Notes under the pieces: generated by a model
What the model was told of the DNA's origin: nothing
Databases searched by the model: none
The model's input: the letters and a program-made list of their open reading frames with translations, nothing else
Shown here: one piece after another, positions 38,813 to 50,767 of the stretch
How the letters are laid out: each line of letters begins with the position of its first letter
How positions within the stretch are numbered: position 1 is the stretch's first letter
Program-made: the position numbers and the translations under genes
Source: Clostridia bacterium
GTDB taxonomy: Bacteria; Bacillota; Clostridia; TANB77; CAG-508
Assembly (NCBI GenBank): GCA_045593405.1
Contig: JAZNWN010000001.1
Location: 22,926 to 86,925 of the forward strand
Length of the DNA stretch: 64,000 bases
Direction of reading: 5' to 3'

Positions 38813-38843
38813 TTAAAAAAATTAACAGGAAAGGTGAAATAAG

Positions 38844-39845
38844 ATGAATTTTATTAATGGAATAAAAGAAAAAGCAAGTAATGATGTAAAAACAATAGTA
38901 TTACCAGAAGCGACAGATGTAAGAGTTTTAAGAGCTGCTGAAATAATAAATAAGGAGAAGTTCGCAAAGGTTATACTTATAGGAAATGAGGAAGAGGTAA
39001 ATAAAATTTTAAATGAAAATAATATTGACTTAGGTGATACAAAAGTAATAGACCCTGAAAAGTCTGGAGAAAAAGAGACTTATGCAAATACTCTTTATGA
39101 ATTAAGAAAAGCCAAAGGAATGACAGAAGAACAAGCAAAAGAATTGATATTAAATCCAGTTTATTTTGGTATGATGATGGTTAAATTAGAAAAAGCAGAT
39201 GGATTAGTATCTGGTGCAGCACACTCAACAGCAGATACTTTAAGACCAGCACTTCAAATAATAAAAACAGCACCAGGAACAAAATTAGTATCTACATTTG
39301 TTGCAATTGATGTTCCAAATTGTGAGTTTGGAGAAAATGGATTATTTTTCTTTGGTGATTGTGGTTTAAATCAAAATCCAAATAGTGAAGAATTAGCTCA
39401 AATTGCTCTTTCTACTGCAAAAAGTTTTGAAAACTTAGTAGGAGAAAAGGCAAAAGTTGCAATGCTTTCATATTCTACAATGGGAAGTGCTAAAGCAGAT
39501 GAAGTAACAAAAGTACAAGAAGCAACAAAAATTGCAAAAGAAAGTGCACCAGAATTAATGCTAGATGGAGAAATGCAATTAGATGCAGCTATTGTTCCAG
39601 AAATAGCAGCAAGTAAAGCACCAAATAGTAAAGTTGCAGGACATGCGAATGTATTAATATTCCCAGAATTAGAAGCAGGAAATATTGGATATAAATTAGT
39701 AGAAAGACTTGCAAAAGCTGAAGCTTATGGACCAATATGCCAAGGAATAGCAAAACCAGTAAACGATTTATCAAGAGGATGCAAAGCAGAAGATATAGTT
39801 GGGGTTGTTGCAATAACAGCAGTACAAGCCCAAATAAGTAAATAA
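38844..39845 (+). CDS. pta: phosphate acetyltransferase
   Basis: 333 aa, typical Pta length, with segments such as VSGAAHSTADTLRPALQIIKT. No ackA follows. gltX is next. Confidence 0.9.
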   Translation: MNFINGIKEKASNDVKTIVLPEATDVRVLRAAEIINKEKFAKVILIGNEEEVNKILNENNIDLGDTKVIDPEKSGEKETYANTLYELRKAKGMTEEQAKELILNPVYFGMMMVKLEKADGLVSGAAHSTADTLRPALQIIKTAPGTKLVSTFVAIDVPNCEFGENGLFFFGDCGLNQNPNSEELAQIALSTAKSFENLVGEKAKVAMLSYSTMGSAKADEVTKVQEATKIAKESAPELMLDGEMQLDAAIVPEIAASKAPNSKVAGHANVLIFPELEAGNIGYKLVERLAKAEAYGPICQGIAKPVNDLSRGCKAEDIVGVVAITAVQAQISK

Positions 39846-39857
39846 TAATTAGAAAAA

Positions 39858-39895
39858 AGGAGATTTTGTAATTAACAAAATCTCCTTTTTTTCTT
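39858..39895 (+). terminator. rho-independent terminator after pta
   Basis: AGGAGATTTTG-TAATTAA-CAAAATCTCCT followed by TTTTTTTC. Confidence 0.85.
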
Positions 39896-39958
39896 TACTT
39901 TTTACCAATCTAATAGTATAATATAAAAGCTAGAAATGAAAGGAATGTGATAATTATT

Positions 39959-41605
39959 ATGGATTATAAAGAATTAGCAGATTTAATTTTTCCAGATGCA
40001 AAACCAATAGAATATTATGAAGAAAAATATCCTGTAAGAAATTTAGAAGAAGGTGCTATGGTTACTAGATTTGCACCAAGCCCTACAGGTTTTATACATA
40101 TTGGTGGTCTTTTTGGAAGTATAGTAGATAGAAAATTAGCAAAACAAAGTAATGGAACATTTATTTTAAGAATTGAAGATACAGACCAAAAAAGAGAAAT
40201 TGAAAATGGAATTTTACAAATAGTAAATGGATTAGCGGATTTTGGAATAGTTCCAGATGAAGGTATGATTTCAGAAACAGATGAAAAAGGTGTTTATGGA
40301 CCATATAAACAAAGCGAAAGAAAAGATATTTACCAAGCTTTCGCAAAAAGCTTAATAGAAAAAGGACTAGCATATCCATGTTTTTGTTCACCAGAAGATT
40401 TAGATGAAATAAGAGCAAAACAAGAATCAGCGAAAATAAGACCAGGATACTATGGTTTATGGGCAAAATGCAGAACCATGCCAATTGATGAAGTGGCTGA
40501 GAAAATAAAAAATGGTGATAAATTTATTATAAGATTTAAATCTCAAGGTAGAGAAGATAGAAAAATTAAACATAAAGATGTTATAAAAGGAAATCTTGAG
40601 TTCCCAGAAAATGACCAAGATATTGTAATAATAAAAGCCGATGGACTACCAACATATCACTTTGCGCATGCAGTTGATGATCATTTGATGAGGGTAACAC
40701 ATGTAATAAGAGGAGATGAGTGGTTATCATCACTTCCGCTTCATTTAGAATTGTTTTATGCTTTAGGGTTTAAAGCTCCAAAATACGCGCATACATCTAC
40801 AATAATGAAAGATGAAAATGGAAATAAAAGAAAAATAAGTAAGAGAAAAGATCCAGAAGCAGCAGTAAGCTATTATAGTGAAGAAGGAATTCCAAAAGAG
40901 GCTGTAGTAGAGTATTTACTTAATATTGCAAATTCAACATTTGAACCATGGAGAAGATCAAATCCAGATAAATCAATTGATGAATTCGAGCTTCAATTAA
41001 ATAAAATGAGTGTGAGCGGTGCTGTATTTGATATGGTAAAGTTATTAGACGTATCTAAAAATGTAATTTGCAAATTTGATGCACAGAAAATATATGATGA
41101 AGCATTTGATTGGTCAGAAAGATATGATTCAGAATTAAAGGAATTATTAGAAGATAAAGAATATTCTTTAAAAGTACTTGGAATTGAAAGAGGAAATATA
41201 AAACCAAGAAAAGATATATCAAAATGGTCAGATATAAAGAATACTATTATTTATATGTATGATGAAAAATTTGAGAATAATGATATTTATGAATTTCAAA
41301 AAGTAGCTGATAAAGAAGAAATAAATGATATATTAAAATCATATATAGAAAAATACTTTAATATAAACGATAATAAACAAACATGGTTTGATAAAATAAA
41401 AGATCTTGCAGAAGAAAAGGGTTATGCAAGAGAAGTAAAACAATATAAACAAGAACCAGAAAAATATAAAGGCCATGTTGGGGATATAAGTACAGTTATA
41501 AGAGTAGCACTAACAGGAAGAAGCAATACGCCAGATCTATACGAAATAATGCAAGTGTTGGGTGAAGAAAGTATAAAAGAAAGAATAAACAAAATAACAA
41601 AATAA
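39959..41605 (+). CDS. gltX: glutamate--tRNA ligase
   Basis: HIGG motif (RFAPSPTGFIHIGGL) and KISKR class-I motif. Start placed at ATG 39959 (MDYKELADL). Confidence 0.85.
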   Translation: MDYKELADLIFPDAKPIEYYEEKYPVRNLEEGAMVTRFAPSPTGFIHIGGLFGSIVDRKLAKQSNGTFILRIEDTDQKREIENGILQIVNGLADFGIVPDEGMISETDEKGVYGPYKQSERKDIYQAFAKSLIEKGLAYPCFCSPEDLDEIRAKQESAKIRPGYYGLWAKCRTMPIDEVAEKIKNGDKFIIRFKSQGREDRKIKHKDVIKGNLEFPENDQDIVIIKADGLPTYHFAHAVDDHLMRVTHVIRGDEWLSSLPLHLELFYALGFKAPKYAHTSTIMKDENGNKRKISKRKDPEAAVSYYSEEGIPKEAVVEYLLNIANSTFEPWRRSNPDKSIDEFELQLNKMSVSGAVFDMVKLLDVSKNVICKFDAQKIYDEAFDWSERYDSELKELLEDKEYSLKVLGIERGNIKPRKDISKWSDIKNTIIYMYDEKFENNDIYEFQKVADKEEINDILKSYIEKYFNINDNKQTWFDKIKDLAEEKGYAREVKQYKQEPEKYKGHVGDISTVIRVALTGRSNTPDLYEIMQVLGEESIKERINKITK

Positions 41606-41621
41606 ATTTAAATTATGATAA

Positions 41622-41644
41622 TGTAGGGGCGATTTTAATCGCCC
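41622..41644. repeat. REP-like short unit GTAGGGGCGATTTTAATCGCCC
   Basis: Third copy of the short unit, the others being at 1873 and 28540. Confidence 0.9.
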
Positions 41645-41720
41645 TCACATTAAAAACATATAACACCGACGAGATTTGGCGGACGTTGAAAGATAATGGT
41701 TAAATAAAAAAGGAATTAAT

Positions 41721-41912
41721 ATGGAATATAAAATAGGAGATATTGTAGAATTTAAAAAACCACATCCATGTGGAAATAAACAATGGGAAATAACAAGAAT
41801 AGGTGTAGATTTTAAATTTAAATGCAAAGGTTGTGGCCATAATATTGTACTCGAAAGACAACAAGCCTTAAAAAGAATAATTAAAAAGGTGAATGCTAAT
41901 GAAAAAAAGTAA
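41721..41912 (+). CDS. DUF951 family protein
   Basis: 63 aa with KKPHPCGNKQW and CKGCGH motifs, as in small DUF951/YyzM-like proteins. Confidence 0.75.
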   Translation: MEYKIGDIVEFKKPHPCGNKQWEITRIGVDFKFKCKGCGHNIVLERQQALKRIIKKVNANEKK

Positions 41913-43216
41913 TATTCCTTCATGGATATTTATGATTATTATGTTATTTATAATATATTTTTTATTTGGTATTTATAAATCACATTATTTTAATGGATTT
42001 ATAAAAGCTGAATCAACAATTGGAATTTCTGAATTTAAAAGAGATGCAAATATTAAATATTTAGATTATGACACTTATAGAATAGTGTCACCTGAACAAA
42101 ATGATGCAGCCTTTTATAAAGAAATAGAGGTAGAACCTAATACTCCATATAGAGTAACTTGTATGATAAAAACAGAAAATGTTATACCATCTGCAATTAA
42201 TACTGATGGAGGTGCTTGTATTTCTATAATAGAGTCATCAGAAATTTCAAAGAGTATTACTGGTACAACTGATTGGCAGAAAGTAGAGTTGATGTTCAAT
42301 TCTAAAAATAGAACAAGTTTAAAAATAGGTTTTAGATTGGGAGGAAATTCAGGAACTGCTGAGGGTACTGCATGGTTTTCAGATTTTAAATTAGAAAAAG
42401 GTTTAAAAGTAAAAGATTCAAATTGGAAAGTTGCATGCTTTATTTTTGAAAATACAGATGTAGAAATTAATGGTAAAAGAGTGAATTTTTCGATGTCTTT
42501 ATCAGAAATTGAAACCGTAAAAAGTGATATGGCAAGGTTTGAATCTACATGTGAAACTATGAGTAATGAAAAACTACAGGTTGATTATGATGTTTACAAT
42601 ATAGAAGAACCGCTTAGAACTATTTCTTATTCAGAAGAGCATAAGTATTATTTTGACCCATACGATGTAAATAATATGATTGAGGATATTGTTTTAGAAA
42701 ATGACTATGATTATATATTTGCAGTAGTAAAGATGGGTGATAGTGAAAAAGAAATACCAGTAGCTAATTGGGTTGGACTTCGGAAGTATGGATTTGTATG
42801 GTATAGGGTTTTCAAATATTAGAATATCTAATGATGATAGTAACTATATTTATAAATATGACTATAGAATAAATGTTTTTCCAGAAGAGGTATTTATACA
42901 TGAGTTTTTACATACTTTAGAAAGAACGTCACAAGAATATGGATTTGATGTACCAAATTTACATAGTTATTCAAATTATGGATATGAAGAAGGAGGCATA
43001 AATGGTCTTAAAAATTGGTACCAAGCTTATTTGAGTTCTGAAATATTAGATAAATCAACACATGAATATATAGGAATAAATGAGAAAGTATTTATTTTAA
43101 AACCAACTCATAAAAATAATTTTAAATTTACAATAGAAATAGATTTTAGTAAAGAACCTAGTAATATAATAGAAGAAATAAAAAGCTTATTTAACGTGAT
43201 AGCAGATGTAATATAA
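41899..43216 (+). pseudogene. membrane-anchored HExxH zinc-metallopeptidase-like protein split by a +1 frameshift at a GGGTTTT run
   Basis: ORF 41893-42822 (N-terminal TM then beta-rich domain) and ORF 42773-43216 (HEFLHTLE motif) overlap by 50 nt in adjacent frames. Removing one T near 42807-42810 fuses them (..GFVWYRVSNIRISNDD..). Confidence 0.6.
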
Positions 43217-43218
43217 AT

Positions 43219-43279
43219 TGTAGGGGAGGACTTCCACGTCCACCCGTGGTACAGGGGGGGAGAACACTGCACCTACGAA
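43219..43279. repeat. REP-like two-hairpin element, degenerate, contains a G7 run
   Basis: TGTAGGGGAGGACTTCCACGTCCACC...ACCTACGAA. Confidence 0.75.
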
Positions 43280-43295
43280 TGGAAGGAAACAAAAA

Positions 43296-44336
43296 ATGAA
43301 AGTATCAGATTTCAATTACAATTTACCAAAAGAATTAATAGCACAACATCCATTAGAAAATAGAGATGAATCTAGATTAATGGTATTAAATAGAACCACA
43401 CAAACAATAGAACATAAAATTTTTAAGAATGTAATAGATTATTTGAATCCAGGTGATTGTTTAGTAATAAATAATACAAAAGTAATACCTGCTAGACTTT
43501 ATGGAGTGAAAATTAATTTAACTACTGAACATGAACCAGCTCATGTAGAGTTTTTACTTTTAAAACAACTAGAAAAGGATATTTGGGAGGTTATGGTAAG
43601 ACCAGGTAAAAAATTAAAAACAGGAGCAAAAGTTACTTTCGGAGATGGTCTGCTTGAAGCTGAAATATTGGAAATATTAGAAAATGGTAACAGAAAAGTA
43701 AAATTCTACTATGAGGGTATTTTTAATGAAATATTAGACCAAATTGGCTTAATGCCATTACCTCCATACATAACAGAAAAATTAAAGAATAAAGATAGGT
43801 ATCAAACAGTTTATGCAAAACATGATGGATCAGCGGCTGCTCCAACAGCTGGTTTACACTTTACACCAGATTTATTAGAGAAAATAAAAGAAAAGGGAAT
43901 CATTATTGCAAATGTAACTTTACATGTTGGAATTGGAACATTTAGACCTGTAAAAGTTGATAAAATTGAAGAACATGAGATGCATACTGAACATTTTTAT
44001 ATAAAACAAGAAGATGTTGATAAGATTAATACTGCAAAGAAAAATGGGCATAAAGTAATTGCAGTTGGAACAACATCTTGCAGAGTTTTAGAAACAGTAG
44101 CAGATGAAAATGGAATGCTTATCGAAACTGAAGGAGATACAAATATTTTTATCTATCCAGGATACAAATTTAAATGCATTGATAACTTAATAACTAATTT
44201 TCACTTGCCAGAATCAACACTTATCATGCTAGTATCAGCGCTTGCAGGAAAGGATTTTATAATGAATGCATATGAAACAGCAGTAGAAGAAAGGTATAGA
44301 TTCTTTAGCTTTGGCGATGCAATGCTTATTTGTTAA
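43296..44336 (+). CDS. queA: S-adenosylmethionine:tRNA ribosyltransferase-isomerase
   Basis: N-terminus [31 protein letters not shown], 346 aa. Confidence 0.95.
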   Translation: MKVSDFNYNLPKELIAQHPLENRDESRLMVLNRTTQTIEHKIFKNVIDYLNPGDCLVINNTKVIPARLYGVKINLTTEHEPAHVEFLLLKQLEKDIWEVMVRPGKKLKTGAKVTFGDGLLEAEILEILENGNRKVKFYYEGIFNEILDQIGLMPLPPYITEKLKNKDRYQTVYAKHDGSAAAPTAGLHFTPDLLEKIKEKGIIIANVTLHVGIGTFRPVKVDKIEEHEMHTEHFYIKQEDVDKINTAKKNGHKVIAVGTTSCRVLETVADENGMLIETEGDTNIFIYPGYKFKCIDNLITNFHLPESTLIMLVSALAGKDFIMNAYETAVEERYRFFSFGDAMLIC

Positions 44337-45572
<1,236 letters not shown>

Positions 45573-45581
45573 GAGGTATGT

Positions 45582-46784
45582 ATGGATTTATTACAAGATA
45601 ATAAAAATAAAAAGAAAAAAACACCAGCACAAAAACTTGTTTTAGCATTATTAATTATTTTAATAGTATTATGTGTTATTATTGGAGGAGTAATTGCTTA
45701 TCTATCTATTGAGGGGGGACAAAAGCCCTATTCAATTACTATAAATGGAAATGTAATTGATTTTAATAACATACAAATTATTGTTAATGAATATGGTCAA
45801 AAGTACATTTCATTAAAATCAATATGTAGTATTCTAGAGTATAATTATTATAATGGTGAATTTAAAATTGCAGAAGAAGATAAAACTAAAGGTTATATAG
45901 ATAATGGAATTAATATAATACAATTTTTTGCAAATTCTAAAAGAATATATAAAACAAATGAAAAATCTAATTTAGATTATGAATATTATAATTTAGAAAA
46001 TAAAATAATAGTATCTGCAGAAAATCTATATATAGCTTTAGATGATTTAGATATAGCTTTAAATTTAATTGTAACTTATTCTGAGGCTAATAATCAAACA
46101 GTAATAGAGTCTCCAGAATATTGGATTTCACAGAAAAAAGAGGATTTTAGTAAGAATAATTTTATTATTAGTAATACACCAGAAAATCTTAAAACTTTAT
46201 CTTATGGATTTATTGTAATAAGTAAGGATAATAAATATGGAGTTCTAAATTTATATGGAGAAGAAATAATAGGGAACAAATATAATACGATTACCTTTTC
46301 TGAATATACGGGAGATTTTATTGTATCAAATACAAATAATAAATTTGGAATTATAACAAATAATGGCTTGGCAAAAGTTAATTTACAATACGATAATATT
46401 GAGATTTTAAATTTTGATCCTTTGTTATACAAAGTAAAAAGATTAGAAAAGTATGGAATAATGAAACATGATGGAAGTATTATAAATGATATAGAATATG
46501 ACTCTATTGGATATCCTGAAAATAAAGCAAAAGAAATAAATTATACTGTAATTATACCTAACTTAAATGAGAATATTCCAGAATCTATAGTAATATGTAT
46601 TGACAATAAATATGGATTGTTAAATTTAGAAACTGGTAACGAACTGATTCCATGTACTTTAGATGGTATTTATTCTGCAACAGAAGATGGAAAAAACTAT
46701 TATATTGTAGAAACACAGAATAATAAAATGTTTTTGGAAAATTATATTGATAATTTAAATAAAGTAACAGTTACTATAGACTAG
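45582..46784 (+). CDS. membrane-anchored WG-repeat (KWG-like) protein
   Basis: N-terminal TM. Repeated K(Y/W)G(V/I/L)(L/M)N modules (KYGVLNLYGEE, KFGIITNNG, KYGIMKHDG, KYGLLNLETG). Confidence 0.65.
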   Translation: MDLLQDNKNKKKKTPAQKLVLALLIILIVLCVIIGGVIAYLSIEGGQKPYSITINGNVIDFNNIQIIVNEYGQKYISLKSICSILEYNYYNGEFKIAEEDKTKGYIDNGINIIQFFANSKRIYKTNEKSNLDYEYYNLENKIIVSAENLYIALDDLDIALNLIVTYSEANNQTVIESPEYWISQKKEDFSKNNFIISNTPENLKTLSYGFIVISKDNKYGVLNLYGEEIIGNKYNTITFSEYTGDFIVSNTNNKFGIITNNGLAKVNLQYDNIEILNFDPLLYKVKRLEKYGIMKHDGSIINDIEYDSIGYPENKAKEINYTVIIPNLNENIPESIVICIDNKYGLLNLETGNELIPCTLDGIYSATEDGKNYYIVETQNNKMFLENYIDNLNKVTVTID

Positions 46785-46830
46785 AGAAAAACCGATATAG
46801 ATTAAATATCTATATCGGTTTTTCTCTACA
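46785..46830. terminator. bidirectional hairpin terminator between convergent genes
   Basis: GAGAAAAACCGATATAGAT-TAAAT-ATCTATATCGGTTTTTCTC. Confidence 0.85.
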
Positions 46831-47200
46831 TTTCTTGATTTCCAGGAATTAAATAATCTACTATTCCATATATTAAAGCACCTATTATTGCAGCAAGCCA
46901 AGATATAGAATATCCAGCTACAAAATATTGTGTAACATAAAGAATAGCAGCTGAAAGAATGAAACCAACAAATCCCTTACCAAAAGGACTTGCATTTAAA
47001 CCAGTAAATTTGATTATTAAATAATCTAAAACAGTAAGTACAACAGCAGCTATTGCTAAAGACCAAATATTATTAATAGCAAAACCTGGTGTAAAGAAAG
47101 CTGTAATAGCTAAAACGATTGTAGCAGTGATAAATCTACCAACTATTTGCCAAACTGTACTAGTTCCATTATTGCTTTGAGCATGTGAGTCATTATTCAT
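46826..47200 (-). CDS. small polytopic membrane protein (holin-like / DUF2512-like)
   Basis: 124 aa, four predicted TM segments, FTPGF motif. AAAGGGGA RBS. Confidence 0.55.
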   Translation of the reverse strand: MNNDSHAQSNNGTSTVWQIVGRFITATIVLAITAFFTPGFAINNIWSLAIAAVVLTVLDYLIIKFTGLNASPFGKGFVGFILSAAILYVTQYFVAGYSISWLAAIIGALIYGIVDYLIPGNQEM

Positions 47201-47332
47201 AAAATTTTCCCCTTTCTATATAATGTATATAAATTTGCTTTCAAAATCAAGCTATATATTTGTATTATTTTCAAAAATCAAAAAAATATACAATATGAAT
47301 ATTTTTTTGATTTTTACAAAAAATAAAATAAA

Positions 47333-47468
47333 TTGTGTTTGGTTTTTTTGTATTTTTTGTATTTTTTGTTTTAAAATCGTATTATAAAATATTAAATTCT
47401 AAAAATAAATAGTATATGTTAATAATAAATTTTCCAAATTCCAAACACCAAATACTAAATACACAATC
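47333..47468. repeat. heptad-arm inverted repeat element (GTGTTTGGTTTTTTTGTATTTTTTGTATTTTTTG ... CCAAATTCCAAACACCAAATACTAAATAC)
   Basis: Same family as 4843, 31366 and 35102. Longest spacer of the four copies. Confidence 0.7.
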
Positions 47469-47480
47469 CAGGGAGCGATA

Positions 47481-48171
47481 ATGTTAAATACATTTGTTAG
47501 AGTACTAATTATATATTTGTTGGTTTTAATTGTTATGAGGCTTATGGGGAAACGAGAAATTCGGACAGATGCAACCTTTCGAATTAGTTATTGCAATAAT
47601 GATAGCGGATTTGGCTACTATACCAATGTCTGACACAGGAGTTCCAATATCAAGTGGGATTATTCCAATATTAGCATTATTATTATTACAATTAATTATA
47701 TCAATTATTAATTTAAAGAGTATGAAAGTAAGAGAGATAATGTGTGGAGTTCCATCAATATTAATTTATAGAGGGAAAATTGATGAAACAGCTTTAAGAA
47801 AAGAAAAATTTACAATTAATGAATTGCAAGAAAGATTAAGACAAAATAATGTTTTTAATATTGGAGATGTTGAGTATGCAATATTAGAAACAAGCGGTCA
47901 AGTGACAGTTATTCAAAAACCTGAGAAAAGAAATACTATACCAGAAGATTTTGGAATTATTCCAGAATATGAGGGGATTCCATATGATTTAGTGGTAGAC
48001 GGTAAGGTTATGCATGATAATCTAAAGGCAATAGGGCGAGACTACAATTGGTTAAAAAAAGAGGCTAATAAATTTGATATTGAACCAGAATCAGCATTGA
48101 TTATAACTTTCGACGGAAAAGGACAATTTTTTTGTCAAGCAAAAATAAAAGATAGGAAAGATAATATATGA
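47481..48171 (+). pseudogene. DUF421 (YetF-like) membrane protein with a single-base insertion frameshift near 47562
   Basis: ATG 47481 (GGGAG RBS) encodes MLNTFVRVLIIYLLVLIVMRLMGKREI then goes out of frame. The ORF at 47569 continues with MQPFELVIAIMIADLATIP. Deleting the C at 47562 yields the canonical GKREIGQMQPFELV junction. Confidence 0.6.
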
Positions 48172-48560
48172 AGGAATTTATAATAATTTTTATTATTTTA
48201 ATATTTATAATTGGAGGAGCAATATATATAGATAAATATTTAGAAAATACAAGTAAAGAATTAGTAGGAATGTTAGAAGATTTAAAAGAGAGAGTTAAAT
48301 TAAATAATAATATTAGTAATTTAGAAGAAATAAAAAAAGAAGTTGAGAAGGTATATAGAAAATGGGAAGAAACAGAAGAAAAATGGGCATTTATAGTTTT
48401 GCATTCAGAATTAGATTTAATAGAAACATCATTTGTTAGAATGAAGGCTCAAATAGAAGAAGGAACACTAGATAGAAGTATAGAAGAAATAGATACTAGT
48501 ATTTTTTTAGTAAATCATATAAGTGAAAAAGAGAAGTTTCGATTAAAAAATATCTTTTAA
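48168..48560 (+). CDS. DUF4363 family protein
   Basis: N-terminal TM plus coiled-coil region. Overlapping ATGA start with the DUF421 gene. Confidence 0.65.
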   Translation: MKEFIIIFIILIFIIGGAIYIDKYLENTSKELVGMLEDLKERVKLNNNISNLEEIKKEVEKVYRKWEETEEKWAFIVLHSELDLIETSFVRMKAQIEEGTLDRSIEEIDTSIFLVNHISEKEKFRLKNIF

Positions 48561-48599
48561 ATAATAAAAATCTCCGGCATTGCCAGAGATTTTTATTAT

Positions 48600-49835
48600 T
48601 TATTTTTTCATCCAATTTTTTCCGTCTACGATTCTTGCTGCCAGCATTGAGGATGCCGTATCTCCAACAACGTTAAGTACAGTTGCAGGAGCATCTATAA
48701 TAGTTGCAATTATTGTTAAAATAGGTAATGCATTTACAGGGAAGCCCATCATTGTTAATATCATCATTTCAGAAATTGTACCTCCTCCTATTGGCACAGC
48801 TGTTACAAGTAAAGTAACAAGCAATGATACTAATAATACTTTAAAAAATCCAACACTGCTTCCAAATAAACAAACTAAGAACATAATTTTAAAAACAGAT
48901 CCAATAATAGAACCATCTTTATGGAAACTTGTTCCAAGAGGGATTAATGTTTCTGCGATGTCATCAGATACACCTAATTTTTTTGATGTTTCAATGTTTA
49001 CAGGTATTGACGCTGCACTTGAACATGTAGCAAGGGCTGTAATTGTAGATGGTATGATATTTTTCCAAAATACTTTTACTCCTTTAAAACCTGCGGCAAT
49101 ATATGCATAGATTGTATAAATTACCACGTAGAAAAGTATAGAAACAACAAGATAAATAAAAAATGTTTTAGCATAACCAACTGCAATTGCTGCGCCATAT
49201 GTACCAACTAAAGCTGCAAAATAGGCTCCAAGTCCAATTGGTGCATAATACATAATTATTTTAATAAAATTCATTACTACTTCATTTGCAGATGTTAAAA
49301 ATTCTTGAACTGGTTTACCTTTTTCACCAGACATATTAATTGCTAAACCTACTAGTAAAGAAACTACTAATAATGCAATTAAATTGTTTTTTGAAAGTAA
49401 ATCTGAAAAGTCACTAACAGTAAGAACTGAAACAGTTCTCTCTAAGAATGATACATCCTCGTTTTCAACATTAGCTTCTTCATCTGTTTCAAGAGAAGCT
49501 CTGATTTGTTCGCCATCTTCAGGCTCAACTAAATTAAAAGAGTAAGTGCTAAGTAAGCCAATTAAAACTGCAACTAAAGAAGTAAGTATAAATATGCCTA
49601 CTGTTGTAAGCATTATTTTTCCAAGTCTTTTAGGTTGTTTCATTTTAGATATTGATACAGTTATGCTAACAAAAATAAGAGGAATGATAGCAACAAAAAG
49701 TAAATTTAAAAAAATGTCTCCTAAAGGACTAAGTACAGCTGCTTTTTCTCCAAATACTATCCCAACGATAGCGCCAACAATTATTGCAGCTAATAAAATA
49801 AGTGTTGACTTATAAGTTTTAAAAAATTTTTTCAT
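48600..49835 (-). CDS. dicarboxylate/amino acid:cation symporter (DAACS family)
   Basis: About 410 aa polytopic protein with a DAACS-like hairpin-loop region. Start at the ATG giving MKKFFK, after an AGGAG RBS. Confidence 0.8.
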   Translation of the reverse strand: MKKFFKTYKSTLILLAAIIVGAIVGIVFGEKAAVLSPLGDIFLNLLFVAIIPLIFVSITVSISKMKQPKRLGKIMLTTVGIFILTSLVAVLIGLLSTYSFNLVEPEDGEQIRASLETDEEANVENEDVSFLERTVSVLTVSDFSDLLSKNNLIALLVVSLLVGLAINMSGEKGKPVQEFLTSANEVVMNFIKIIMYYAPIGLGAYFAALVGTYGAAIAVGYAKTFFIYLVVSILFYVVIYTIYAYIAAGFKGVKVFWKNIIPSTITALATCSSAASIPVNIETSKKLGVSDDIAETLIPLGTSFHKDGSIIGSVFKIMFLVCLFGSSVGFFKVLLVSLLVTLLVTAVPIGGGTISEMMILTMMGFPVNALPILTIIATIIDAPATVLNVVGDTASSMLAARIVDGKNWMKK

Positions 49836-50039
49836 TTTTGATCTCCTTAATAGAAGTATCATGTGAAGACTATAATTATATTCTTCCGCTATTTACGATT
49901 ATAATATTATATTCAAAAAAAATCAAGATATGAGTTTATAGTTTTTGAATATAAATATATATAAAAATTTTCAGTTATTACTTGAAAAGTTCTTTTTTTA
50001 TGTAATATAATGTAGAAAATTAAATTTTAAGGAGAAAAA

Positions 50040-50579
50040 ATGCAAAAGTTTTCTGAATATATTTTAAATGAAAAAGATTTCTATAAAAAAATTGATATTA
50101 TGATGTTTGTTGCAAAAAAAGTACCAATTTTTTTTGATAAATCTGTTGTTTTCAAAACAATGATTGCAAAATTATTTATTGAAAGTACTAATCTAGATGT
50201 TGATAAAAATTTAGTTATTACAGCATGTTTATTATATAATTGTAAGAAAACTCAAGATGCTCAGAGCTTAGATAAAGTAAAATCTTATGCTCAAGAAAGT
50301 GCAGATTACCTAAAAAAACTTGGCTTTTCTGAAAGATTTTGCAAAATATGTTTAGAACATAATAGATATAATAACAATTTAAGAAGAGAAAAAGAAAGTG
50401 ATATTCTAGAATTAGTAGACCAATTAGGTGGTATGATGGTTGATAGAGAAGAAAGAAGAGGATTTCCTCTAGATGAAGCAATTGTATTATTAGAACATAG
50501 AAATATGAAAGCTTACAATAATATATATATGGATGATTTCATAAGGTTTATTAATAAAGAAATGGAGATAATTGTATGA
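50040..50579 (+). CDS. hypothetical protein
   Basis: AAGGAG RBS. No family recognised. Confidence 0.55.
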   Translation: MQKFSEYILNEKDFYKKIDIMMFVAKKVPIFFDKSVVFKTMIAKLFIESTNLDVDKNLVITACLLYNCKKTQDAQSLDKVKSYAQESADYLKKLGFSERFCKICLEHNRYNNNLRREKESDILELVDQLGGMMVDREERRGFPLDEAIVLLEHRNMKAYNNIYMDDFIRFINKEMEIIV

Positions 50580-50734
50580 TTGGAAAAGGAAGATTATTTG
50601 ATTTAATATCAAGAACAGCAGATGATGTAAATAACTCAGAAGTAACAGTTGACCACATGTTAGAAAATTTTAAAACAAGAAAAGAAAAATATGATAAACA
50701 GATTCAAATGACTGATAATAATTTGGAAAGATAA
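50576..50734 (+). CDS. small hypothetical protein (52 aa), translationally coupled
   Basis: ATGA overlap with the upstream stop. Encodes MIGKGRLFDLISRTADDVNNSEV... Below the ORF-track size cutoff. Confidence 0.4.
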   Translation: MIGKGRLFDLISRTADDVNNSEVTVDHMLENFKTRKEKYDKQIQMTDNNLER

Positions 50735-50767
50735 TTTTTTAAATGCAGTAGAAAGGGGAAAACAATC

